From positions 96,001-160,000 of IMG/VR virus record IMGVR_UViG_3300031525_000001: a DNA stretch of 64,000 nucleotides; one strand, given 5' to 3'. Shown piece after piece: positions 39,001-46,317 of the stretch. A program made the position numbers and the translations under genes. The notes beneath the pieces are model-generated. The model saw only the letters and a list, made by a program, of their open reading frames with translations, searched no databases and had not been told where the DNA came from. Every line of letters starts with the position of its first letter. Within the stretch, counting starts at the first letter, position 1. This DNA is from a virus.

Positions 39001-39367
39001 CTCGATCTTCCTTCAGTACGTTTGCGGTGAGATCGCGGCTACTCTCGTGGCGTTGTTCAAGGTCACCTATCGTCCGATGCTGAACCAAGTTCCGGGCAAG
39101 GGTGAGATTCAACTGGCTCAGGTCGAACAGCCGCAAGGTCTGTCGAGCTTCAACATCTACAATCAGGCGAGCCGTGTGAAGTACCTGATGAACAAGCTCA
39201 CCGACAGCGAGATCAAGGACGCCATCAATAGCTCCTCGGCTCAGGGTGCGGTGTGGCACGAAGGTGAAGAGGGCGGCTACGTGTACGAAGTTTTCGTCCG
39301 TATCGACGACATCGACACTGAGAGCCTGATCGCGACGTATAGCTTTATTTGCGGCACGAAGGAATAA
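36035..39367 (+). CDS. Giant mosaic protein (about 1110 aa); candidate polyprotein
   Basis: Overlaps the upstream stop. It has K-x-A-delimited modules and a globular C-terminal domain. Confidence 0.9.
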   Translation: MPIKIDDLHAAAARMAADIMHSDNDLSQKLETATPAAAEAGPSHDELVENSHSESGVGVIDGEIRPPERQNVSAVKDAIEAQAEMEIGKTIGEKEEEMEARGDGPYGDKEVKDTAGATEVTAKPGTQIIINVAGKKQAAREFVVKHTTVNDSRGPKTGWWIFEDGRPSGMRATQEEAVQAAEATAQLRIVNGQVAPVRVEAGQKEQPIGGEKQHPRENTSANGMFGGTNLSATPNFEKHSEEGAPDPDTVARVRGQYTSGMGRKSCMEHFKITEQQLDDILSGKYGKGKFASYHEVKAAFLKKGSFLTIDEVKKAGQEYLHMIRTAAISVAQGQDEQGFHMLLSMNGREYVLRGADADSFRKEYAAIPKPEAAVNKLVEKYLWKMQPYQKQTIQHPPSETKQDPNSQALRRQRSEGLADADAYWAGKEKQPNDYKRYMTQHASAKIAATSYAEYQKLVQERNQIISQNRSRQMKGQPPVPVPPKPEVPMVPVAYAADGTYEGRLQDPADCPPGCTVKWEPSKGASMMTLAKLAADYFGYDDWITGHTALMINNDSAGLTTLHNLVRSALKNKKTPKMLAGQLAKFFKKFGDQSKKFYAENADNARGERGKHEREQLEGVVKAPSGDKARDFVDNLTNMWYDAGGQSDWEQPAGEVNWEEIASAEMESERAENPDKYPKTNKEDDKFMEGVGMKMESLRTATAVLARVAAMSVGDKHQLRIAIDSLKMNPAMLGVMGGPDKEQALEILARHGLRWDEAGGKAVKANDKKAAAGCDWQTEYGMGAGDARCGQPTTGNSPWCAEHIQEAKDNYPQHALPTKNGGEGAAKTPEEIEKEAGFNFFFPGQVLREVAPEMQHELVDYPNQTNTPMQYPDIVGDGEEVPEEMALAAALEGAMDTTIIAYVSTSPAAAAGIGRDGKTEVLEGAPLRKENDIRGMMFTDEFYGQQEGVPGAAFASTKAAGGFARPGSAFKFLKSLKLGKTAGADEAKQFSIFLQYVCGEIAATLVALFKVTYRPMLNQVPGKGEIQLAQVEQPQGLSSFNIYNQASRVKYLMNKLTDSEIKDAINSSSAQGAVWHEGEEGGYVYEVFVRIDDIDTESLIATYSFICGTKE

Positions 39368-39417
39368 CGGCTACCGAAGTTCTTCAACTTCAGTATTCAT
39401 AGTGTAGGGGCATATCT

Positions 39418-39942
39418 ATGAGTAGCCTACCGCAGTATAAAGGTAAAACTCGTCAGCAGTACATGAGTGAGTGGCATAACAAGTATCGTGCATATTGGAG
39501 CACGCACGATGCGTATGTTGAAACCAAGTCCAAAATTTGCGTGTACTGTGAAAAGGAAAAGCCGAGCGTTGCTTTTTCCAAGGCAAACACGAACAAGGAT
39601 GGGTTACAGGCATACTGTATCGACTGTCTCAAGCAGTGGCACATCGATGATCCAACACGTCAAATGCTGCTCAACGCCCGTGCCCGAGCCCGTCGTTTGG
39701 GAATTGAATTCGCTCTTGATGCAAAGGATATAGTAATTCCGAAAGTTTGCCCCGTTTTGGGTATCCCGCTTGTCGTGAGATCAAAGGGGAAAAACAACTC
39801 TCCGAGTCTGGATAGGAAGGATAACTCTAAGGGATACACCTCAGATAACATTCGAGTGATCTCGTGGCGGGCAAATGATATCAAGGGGAACGCCACTGTC
39901 GCTGAGCTAGAAAAAGTGTTAGAATACATGAAGGAAGCATGA
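39418..39942 (+). CDS. HNH endonuclease with N-terminal Zn ribbon
   Basis: CVYCEKEK...YCIDC; CPVLGIPL...PSLDRKDNSKGYTSDNIRVISWRANDIKG. Confidence 0.85.
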   Translation: MSSLPQYKGKTRQQYMSEWHNKYRAYWSTHDAYVETKSKICVYCEKEKPSVAFSKANTNKDGLQAYCIDCLKQWHIDDPTRQMLLNARARARRLGIEFALDAKDIVIPKVCPVLGIPLVVRSKGKNNSPSLDRKDNSKGYTSDNIRVISWRANDIKGNATVAELEKVLEYMKEA

Positions 39943-40160
39943 AGATCGGGGTCAAAACCTCGTCGAAATCAGGTCGTGTTCTCGCCAAAGGTCTCGGTAA
40001 AGATGGCTGGAAGGACACGATTGATCTCATTGAGTGCGACCAAGATGAGTGGGATGATTGGCTTGAAACCCCATCCGCTCAAGCGGGCGGCGGTCAGGGC
40101 CGAGTAAGATTCGTTCGGGCTGATCTAAGAAACCCAGTATTAAATCGAAGGGGGCGATAA
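39939..40160 (+). CDS. Small hypothetical protein
   Basis: 73 aa, ATGA overlap. Confidence 0.6.
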   Translation: MKIGVKTSSKSGRVLAKGLGKDGWKDTIDLIECDQDEWDDWLETPSAQAGGGQGRVRFVRADLRNPVLNRRGR

Positions 40161-40200
40161 TGGACTACATCGACGCTGAAGTAGACACAACGGTACTGTA

Positions 40201-40377
40201 ATGAGTAGCGAAATCATCAGTGAAGTCAACGAGAACGACCCTTGGGATGTGTTCCAAGAGAAGCATCTTCCAGAAGACGAAGAGCGGCAAGATATTGGGA
40301 TCAAAGGCGGGCCTCGCAGGGTAACAGTACGCCGCGCAGACAAGGCTCAGCGTCCCGTGTTTCGGAGATCGGAATAA
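40201..40377 (+). CDS. Small acidic hypothetical protein (58 aa)
   Basis: Not in the ORF track; MSSEIISEVNENDPWDVF...; TAATG junction. Confidence 0.55.
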   Translation: MSSEIISEVNENDPWDVFQEKHLPEDEERQDIGIKGGPRRVTVRRADKAQRPVFRRSE

Positions 40378-40379
40378 CC

Positions 40380-40661
40380 ATGTGCGGAGGAGTAGGACAT
40401 CGAAGTTACCGACGCCTAGCAACGCTGCCGATTGATCCGAGCCCCACTCCGTGGGATTTCAACACGTGGGGGTTCTTCTGTGATAATTGCATGACGTTCT
40501 TCGACTTGCTGCAACACGGCAAGGTCCTCACGTTTAAGGGCGAGGACGGAGAATGCTGGGCTACTTACGAACACAAGTGTGGTCAGCCAGCCCGATATAT
40601 CGGATATTGTCGTGACACAGAGTTTACTCGCGTAGCTCAATTGCAGAGCACTTCATTCTAA
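40380..40661 (+). CDS. Small Cys-containing hypothetical protein whose 3' end overlaps the tRNA
   Basis: 93 aa with a CDNC motif; the stop TAA lies in the tRNA anticodon loop. Confidence 0.5.
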   Translation: MCGGVGHRSYRRLATLPIDPSPTPWDFNTWGFFCDNCMTFFDLLQHGKVLTFKGEDGECWATYEHKCGQPARYIGYCRDTEFTRVAQLQSTSF

Positions 40662-40700
40662 ACGAAGGGGTTGCGGGTGTAAGTCCCGTCGCGGGTTCCA
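40626..40700 (+). tRNA. Amber-suppressor tRNA (anticodon CUA), atypical D and T loops
   Basis: Cloverleaf: ACTCGCG/CGCGGGT acceptor, GCTC/GAGC D-stem, CTTCA/CGAAG stem with loop TT-CTA-AA, GCGGG/CCCGT T-stem, discriminator T, encoded CCA; 75 nt. Confidence 0.85.
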
Positions 40701-40733
40701 AGTGCGGCCCTACCATGCGTGGGTGCCGTTTTA

Positions 40734-40776
40734 GGGGGCGGTTCTCTCCACTACGCAGCCGCCCCCGGTTTTTCTT
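40734..40776 (+). terminator. Rho-independent terminator after the tRNA
   Basis: GGGGGCGGTT/AGCCGCCCCC stem followed by GGTTTTTCTT. Confidence 0.7.
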
Positions 40777-40950
40777 ATGAACTGTATCAACTGCGGTAAA
40801 CCCCTCGAAGAAGACCTCGTGAAGAAGCTCCAAATCATGGCCGAACTTTTCGGCGAAGACTTCACCTCACACTTCGTCTGCGACGATTGCTACGTGCCCA
40901 CTCCCTGCCCGCCTGATTGTGAGGGTTGCGCCTTCGAACGCGGCGAATAA
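40777..40950 (+). CDS. Small Zn-finger protein (57 aa)
   Basis: MNCINCG...CDDC...CPPDCEGC; not in the ORF track. Confidence 0.65.
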   Translation: MNCINCGKPLEEDLVKKLQIMAELFGEDFTSHFVCDDCYVPTPCPPDCEGCAFERGE

Positions 40951-40995
40951 CCTCTCCAAATCCTCCTAATACGTAACCCTTTTATAGGGAGCAAC

Positions 40996-43128
40996 ATGGC
41001 TGACAAGAAAGTCAAAAGTACAACTTGGACAAAGCTCGCAGACAATCTCCTGCCTGACGCGACAAAGAAGATCAATGCCATTGACTTCATTGAAGGCCCG
41101 GGTGGGACAGGTCTCGTTCTGCGTCCTGTTCAGCGTGTTCTTGTCAAAGCACTTTTCGCCGTTCCCTTTGACTACCGCCCCAAGTGGGCAGACTCCATCG
41201 ACAACTGGGGAATGGTGGAGATGTGGAATCCCTTCCGTGATGAGCTACTCCGCACGGTTACGGAAGAAGAGTATCTCCACATCGTTCACGAAGAGGGTCG
41301 CTGCAACGTCGGAGACTGGCGGGACATACCACAAAGAGGATTCAACGAAGGCGTCATCTTCTGCGGTCGTCGTGGTGGTAAGTCCGAAGTCGTCGCCGCC
41401 ATCGCCGCCTACAAACTCTACCTCACTTTGTGCATCAACTCGCCGCAGAAATTCTTCGGCTTGGCTGAGGGTTCCAAGATCGACTTCACCTTTCTTGCAC
41501 AGGACGAAACAGGTGCGGGTCGATTGTTCCAAAAGCTTCAGGCCGCTGTCACCCGTGCCACGTGGTTCCACACCTACATCAAGGACAGCAACGCCAAGAA
41601 CCTGACGTTTACTTGCGAAGCTGATCGTCACCATAAGGTCGATGCCAAGCCGTCTATTCAAGTCGTATCGCTGCCCTGCACCACGAACGCCGTCCGTGGT
41701 CCTTCGTCCCTCTTCCTCGCCCTTGACGAGTTTGCCCACTTCCGTTCCGAAGTAGGCTCCACGTCTGAAGACATGTACGTAGCCGCTACGCCTGCCGCTG
41801 GCGACTTCCACCACGAAGAAATCACCGCCCCTCCCGTGCTCCATGAAGCCGACTTTCACCAAGCTGGCGATTTTAAGCACGCGGAACCAGTTGGTACAGA
41901 AGGCAAGGTTGAAGTTCAGGACTCACTGATTCTGAGCATCTCGTCGCCACTGAAGAAAGTCGGTATGATGTACGATCTCTACCGCATGGCGATGGAGGAC
42001 GGCATCAACGAGGACAACCCGACGTTCGCCCTCAGTTGCTCATCGGCGGAAATGAACCCCAAGCTCAAGGCCGGGTTCTTGCGTGATAAGGCTCGTAAAA
42101 ACCCCCTCACGTTTAAGGCTGAGTACGGCGGACAATTCTTGGAATCTACGGAATCGTTCGTTCGATCCATCGACATCATGACCTGCACGGATGTCACCGC
42201 GTGGGATGTCAAAACCGAACCCACATTCGGCGTTCTTGCGCCCGCACCGGGAGCAATCGTTCGTCAAAACTGCGTGCGATTCAACGGAGATCAGGTGGGC
42301 TACAACTACTTCTGGGGTCTTGATCTTGGCGGCGTGAACGTCACCGATCCTGATAACAGCCGACCCGATGGTTGCGCGTTGGCGATTGGACATCTTGAGG
42401 TTCGTCAATCGACTAATCCGACGCCCGGGTTGACGCATGGTTTTCATTTGGTGTTCGACTACATCGACCGCATGATCGCGGGAGAACTTTTCGAAGGTCC
42501 CGGCGTCACCGTCTCGACGCCTGAGGGTATGAAATACACGGATTTTCAACTCCTACCCGTGAAGGACATTCTGCTCTGGTTGAAGGAGATGAACAAAATC
42601 CTCCCATGCTACAAAGGCTCAACCGATCAACACGCAGGTCGTCAGCTTATCACCTTGCTGGAACAGAATGAAATCAACAACATGGAGTTGGTGAACCTCA
42701 CACCTGCCATCAACTCGGAAATGGCGTATGCGTTGCGCTCGTTCATCAACGACCACACCGCCAACTTTCCGTATGTGCCCAAGTTCATCCATGAAATCAA
42801 AATGGTTGAGACCGACGTGGTTGCCAAATACCGTATCCGCGTCCATGCTCCTCTGGAAAAGGGAGCCCACGACGACATGGTAGATGCGGTCATGCTCGTC
42901 GCTATGCAGGTTCAGACGTGGTTGATAGACGAGGGTCACCTCAAGATGGACCCCACGGGGCAGAGCCTCATCATGCAGCGTCAGCAAGCACTTCCGAAGA
43001 GATCGATCCTCAACATAGACGCCATGAGTATGAGCGACTTAAAGGCGAGTGAACGGGCGTACCAGATGAGCAAGTTCAAGTTTGGCGGCGGCAGCCACAG
43101 GGTTGCTAGAGGCCGACGAGGACGTTAG
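40996..43128 (+). CDS. terL: Terminase large subunit
   Basis: Walker A GRRGGKS, Walker B LALDEFAH, motif ILSISSP, RNase H-like nuclease with WGLDLG and HDDMVDA; 710 aa. Confidence 0.92.
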   Translation: MADKKVKSTTWTKLADNLLPDATKKINAIDFIEGPGGTGLVLRPVQRVLVKALFAVPFDYRPKWADSIDNWGMVEMWNPFRDELLRTVTEEEYLHIVHEEGRCNVGDWRDIPQRGFNEGVIFCGRRGGKSEVVAAIAAYKLYLTLCINSPQKFFGLAEGSKIDFTFLAQDETGAGRLFQKLQAAVTRATWFHTYIKDSNAKNLTFTCEADRHHKVDAKPSIQVVSLPCTTNAVRGPSSLFLALDEFAHFRSEVGSTSEDMYVAATPAAGDFHHEEITAPPVLHEADFHQAGDFKHAEPVGTEGKVEVQDSLILSISSPLKKVGMMYDLYRMAMEDGINEDNPTFALSCSSAEMNPKLKAGFLRDKARKNPLTFKAEYGGQFLESTESFVRSIDIMTCTDVTAWDVKTEPTFGVLAPAPGAIVRQNCVRFNGDQVGYNYFWGLDLGGVNVTDPDNSRPDGCALAIGHLEVRQSTNPTPGLTHGFHLVFDYIDRMIAGELFEGPGVTVSTPEGMKYTDFQLLPVKDILLWLKEMNKILPCYKGSTDQHAGRQLITLLEQNEINNMELVNLTPAINSEMAYALRSFINDHTANFPYVPKFIHEIKMVETDVVAKYRIRVHAPLEKGAHDDMVDAVMLVAMQVQTWLIDEGHLKMDPTGQSLIMQRQQALPKRSILNIDAMSMSDLKASERAYQMSKFKFGGGSHRVARGRRGR

Positions 43129-43197
43129 GGCAAGTTTTGCCATTTATTTACCCACTTTCGGACTCTTAGGTAGGGACAAAACTACTCGGGGAGACGT

Positions 43198-43428
43198 GTG
43201 GATTACATAAACGCCATCATCGCAGGCACATCGGTCATCGCACTGGTGGTCAGCATTTACCAGCACATGCGCGTGACGGCGATGCCCAGCAAGATTAAAG
43301 CCGAGATTCAGGCGGACGCTCTCAAAGCCGCCGCCCTGATGTTAGCTGATTCCGTGCTTGCCGCAGCCAAAATCAAGGCCGATGCAGTCGTAGCCGCAGA
43401 CAAAATCAAAGCAGACGCGAGGTCTTAA
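43198..43428 (+). CDS. Small membrane protein (1 TM plus Ala-rich helix)
   Basis: GTG start; hydrophobic IIAGTSVIALVVSIY. Confidence 0.65.
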   Translation: MDYINAIIAGTSVIALVVSIYQHMRVTAMPSKIKAEIQADALKAAALMLADSVLAAAKIKADAVVAADKIKADARS

Positions 43429-43871
43429 TGCTGATCGCACTTCTACAAGCCGCCACAGCGCCCGTACCCGTGCCCACTCCGTGGGACTGGGTTATTGCTC
43501 ACCTTCCGCTGGTTGGGTGGCCAACAGTCATAATTGGGGTCTATAAGGCTACTCGGTTCCTTACCAAGGTAGAAGATCGAGCAGTAGCGTCCGAAGAACG
43601 GCTGAAGTTGATAGCCGACAGCAACACCGAACTCAAAGAAACCCTCGAAGGTCAGGTGACCGCCCAAAGAGAACTCGCCGTAAGCGTCCATCAACTCGCT
43701 GAGGCGATGCACCACCAATCCGAATTACACTCCGAACAACTTCAACTGATCCGTGAAATGAGTGGCGAGCAAAAGCTCCTCGCTCAGAACCAGATGACCA
43801 TCATGAATGGCTTCCAGCGAGTCGTGGAACAGTTGATTGATGTGGTGAGTGATAAAAACGAGAAGGCATAA
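43428..43871 (+). CDS. Membrane protein with coiled coil (holin/lysis accessory-like, uncertain)
   Basis: N-terminal TM segment and a heptad-rich C-terminus. Confidence 0.55.
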   Translation: MLIALLQAATAPVPVPTPWDWVIAHLPLVGWPTVIIGVYKATRFLTKVEDRAVASEERLKLIADSNTELKETLEGQVTAQRELAVSVHQLAEAMHHQSELHSEQLQLIREMSGEQKLLAQNQMTIMNGFQRVVEQLIDVVSDKNEKA

Positions 43872-43881
43872 GGAGATAGCT

Positions 43882-44085
43882 ATGGCTGTTGAAAAGACCG
43901 CACTCGATCTAACGTATTTCGATCCAATCACAGCCAGCAGGACGGCGTTGGAGAACACCCTTGATCGGTTCCAACAGACGTTTGAAGCCCACTCGAAGCC
44001 CGAGTTGCGGCGACGACTGAAAGAAAAAGTCGGAAAAATAAGCATCGTCGTTGCACCCAACGGCATCGAAAAGAAAGCTGAGTAG
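43882..44085 (+). CDS. Small hypothetical protein
   Basis: AAGGAG RBS; ends in TAG. Confidence 0.65.
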   Translation: MAVEKTALDLTYFDPITASRTALENTLDRFQQTFEAHSKPELRRRLKEKVGKISIVVAPNGIEKKAE

Positions 44086-44104
44086 TGACGCTCGTAACTT
44101 CCAC

Positions 44105-44133
44105 TTGATAAAACCCAAGCCTTGGTGTATAAA
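44105..44133 (+). promoter_or_regulatory. Sigma70-type promoter TTGATA-N17-TATAAA
   Basis: Near-consensus hexamers with a 17-nt spacer, upstream of the sigma-like gene. Confidence 0.65.
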
Positions 44134-44234
44134 CTAGATATGCCCTATGTACTAAAGGGTTAACGTGCCTACAGTGGGAGGCACTCGCTGAATTCCTGTG
44201 GGGTTCAGTATCTTCGAAAGTTGCTGGAGAACTA

Positions 44235-45290
44235 ATGGTTCCGTTAGAGACCACTGCATTCGCATTTTCTTCCCTCAAATTTGGCAATCTCTTAGCTGTA
44301 GCCCTCTTTCAAGGCCCTAAACGAATCGACCAACTCTTCACCCTCGCACAGGAACGACTACCGCAGGAATGCGGCGACAAGTGGCAATACGAACTCATCC
44401 AAACCCTCATCGCCATTGGTGAAGAGGTCGATGGCGTGTGGCACGTCCGCCGCACAATGCCGATGGACGTGATTCCCGTCACCACACCCCCGCCCTCCAA
44501 ACCCGACAGCCAGTACGACAAGATTCAGTATGATCCACGCACCGGGCACCACATCGGCGATGATGGGTTCCGTGTCCCGAAAGACTTCCTCGAATTCTAC
44601 GAACGCTACCCGAACTACATCCGCAATTGGGTGAAGAAACGTCTCGCCCGCTTCGTAGTGGATGAGGATGTCGAAGACTGGACGCAGGACCTTATCATCC
44701 ACATGAAGTACCTGCCGCAGACCAGCAAGCACCGCAAGCCGGGTGCGAATGACCGCGTGAATGGCTGCACGGACGTGATTGAGACGTTCAACCCGATTAG
44801 CCAGTATGGGGCATCCGAGCGTCGATTCCGCTCCTACGTCAACATGTGCCTCACGAACAAGTTCAACACCGTGTACTCGAAGCGCAACAAGAACCCAATC
44901 TGTCGGCAGGGCAACGTCACCATCGTGACGAACGTTGATCCCAGCCATGAGAATGGTGAGTACGACGTGGTGGACGATGCGTACTGCCATGTGCACTCAG
45001 ACTACCTCAGCAACGCCACGGCACGCACGGCACAGCAGTACGAAAACTACCTGCTCGCCAATGAGTTCCGCCGTTACGTCGAGGCGAAAGACCCAGAGTT
45101 GGCACCCGTGGTGGATGCGATCCAGCAGGCATCGTCCCAGCACGAAGCTGCTCGTTCTTTGGGCATCAGTGAGACCCTTTTCGCTCGTCACCGCACGCGA
45201 CTGAAAGAGTTGGCCCGGAGCTTCCAGAACAACGATGTGGGAGAATCCAAGCGTAAGCGAGGGCGACGGAAAACAGCGCAAGTGGTATAA
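44235..45290 (+). CDS. Phage sigma-factor-like protein (divergent, regions 2 and 4)
   Basis: FYERYPNYIRNWVKKR..DVEDWTQD...FRSYVNMCLTNKF (region 2-like); EAARSLGISETLFARHRTRL (region 4 HTH). Confidence 0.65.
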   Translation: MVPLETTAFAFSSLKFGNLLAVALFQGPKRIDQLFTLAQERLPQECGDKWQYELIQTLIAIGEEVDGVWHVRRTMPMDVIPVTTPPPSKPDSQYDKIQYDPRTGHHIGDDGFRVPKDFLEFYERYPNYIRNWVKKRLARFVVDEDVEDWTQDLIIHMKYLPQTSKHRKPGANDRVNGCTDVIETFNPISQYGASERRFRSYVNMCLTNKFNTVYSKRNKNPICRQGNVTIVTNVDPSHENGEYDVVDDAYCHVHSDYLSNATARTAQQYENYLLANEFRRYVEAKDPELAPVVDAIQQASSQHEAARSLGISETLFARHRTRLKELARSFQNNDVGESKRKRGRRKTAQVV

Positions 45291-45499
45291 TGGGAGAATC
45301 AGTGATTGAGACCGTAACAATTCCTAAGTTTCGTTTAGCCGCGATCATCAAGAAGTTCGGCAAACCCGTGGAGGCTGGAGACGGTTACATCTTGTCGGTG
45401 CCACTCGAAGACTGCATTGGGGTGAGTAGCCTTGAAGTCATTCCCGCCGATGGTGCTGACGGTTTGGCAATCTCGTATGTTGCTCACGAGAGGGCGTAA
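45290..45499 (+). CDS. Small hypothetical protein
   Basis: 69 aa, TAATG-coupled. Confidence 0.6.
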   Translation: MGESVIETVTIPKFRLAAIIKKFGKPVEAGDGYILSVPLEDCIGVSSLEVIPADGADGLAISYVAHERA

Positions 45500-45545
45500 G
45501 GGAACAAATCCAAAGACTTTGGGTTCTAATGATTATGGGGGCCAC

Positions 45546-46289
45546 ATGTTCGAAGACAGCCTATTAGAGTCTGGCGGTAAGCTGAAGGATAAGCGTGGGC
45601 GGTACACATCGGTCGCATTCCTGATCGAAGCGGTGCTCCTCGGCATAGCTCTGTTGATTCCCCTGTACTACACCGAAGAACTGCCCAAGGCTCAACTCTT
45701 TACGTTCTTGGTTGCCCCTCCCCCACCCTTGCCGCCGCCCCCTCCAGCGGCCGCAGTTGTGCATGTGCAGCACGTTGTCCAGACTGACATCGTGAACGGG
45801 CAGCTACGCACGCCCACCCGTATCCCGAAGAAGATTCAGCAGATCGTAGAGGATACCGCCCCGCCGCCAGTCAATACTGTTCAAGGCGTGATTGGCGGCG
45901 TCCCGGGTGGTGTCCCGGGAGGGGTGCCAAACGGCGTGATCGGCTCAATCATCAGCGCGGTCCCGCAGTCGGTGCCGCAACTCGCACCACCCAAGGTCGT
46001 GAGGGTATCATCGGGCGTGTCACAAGGAATGTTGATCCGTAAGGTGACGCCGAACTACCCCCCGTTGGCACGTCAGGCCCGCATACAGGGCTCCGTGAAC
46101 CTCGAAGCTGTGATCTCTACGGATGGCACCATCGAAAACCTGAAGGTCACCAGCGGGCACCCGATGCTCGTCCCCGCCGCGATAGATGCCGTTAAGCAGT
46201 GGCGCTACAAGCCGTACTTGCTCAATGGTTCGCCTGTCGAAGTGCAAACAACCATTCAGGTGAACTTTACCTTGGCGGGTGGTTCCTAA
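45546..46289 (+). CDS. tonB: TonB family energy transducer (Acidobacteria-style)
   Basis: MFEDSLLES, TM anchor, poly-Pro linker, GGVPGGVPGG, TonB_C domain YPPLARQARIQGSVNLEAVISTDG..V.SGHPMLVPAAIDAVKQWRYKP. Confidence 0.9.
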   Translation: MFEDSLLESGGKLKDKRGRYTSVAFLIEAVLLGIALLIPLYYTEELPKAQLFTFLVAPPPPLPPPPPAAAVVHVQHVVQTDIVNGQLRTPTRIPKKIQQIVEDTAPPPVNTVQGVIGGVPGGVPGGVPNGVIGSIISAVPQSVPQLAPPKVVRVSSGVSQGMLIRKVTPNYPPLARQARIQGSVNLEAVISTDGTIENLKVTSGHPMLVPAAIDAVKQWRYKPYLLNGSPVEVQTTIQVNFTLAGGS

Positions 46290-46317
46290 AAGTCTCGGAC
46301 TATGGTATTATTATAGT

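Noticed and set aside
405-39259. Long antisense ORFs opposite the giant genes (for example 32731-34656, 38288-39259, 3183-3968, 4547-5326)
   Set aside because: These are shadow ORFs expected from the codon bias of the GC-rich sense genes; they have no RBS or motifs.
40626-40700. tRNA-Pyl
   Set aside because: It has a 2-nt acceptor/D linker, 5-bp anticodon stem, 5-nt variable loop and U73, unlike tRNA-Pyl; no pyl genes are in the window.
40701-40740. HDV-like theta ribozyme 3' of the suppressor tRNA
   Set aside because: A loosely similar pairing can be drawn (GCGGC/GCCGT, CCCTA/TAGGG, CCA/TGG), but L3 is only 4 nt and there is no J4/2 catalytic C. A simple hairpin plus terminator explains it.
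40996-43128. Intein or intron in terL
   Set aside because: The insertions are short, with no C/S...HN-C/S/T splice junctions or LAGLIDADG motifs.
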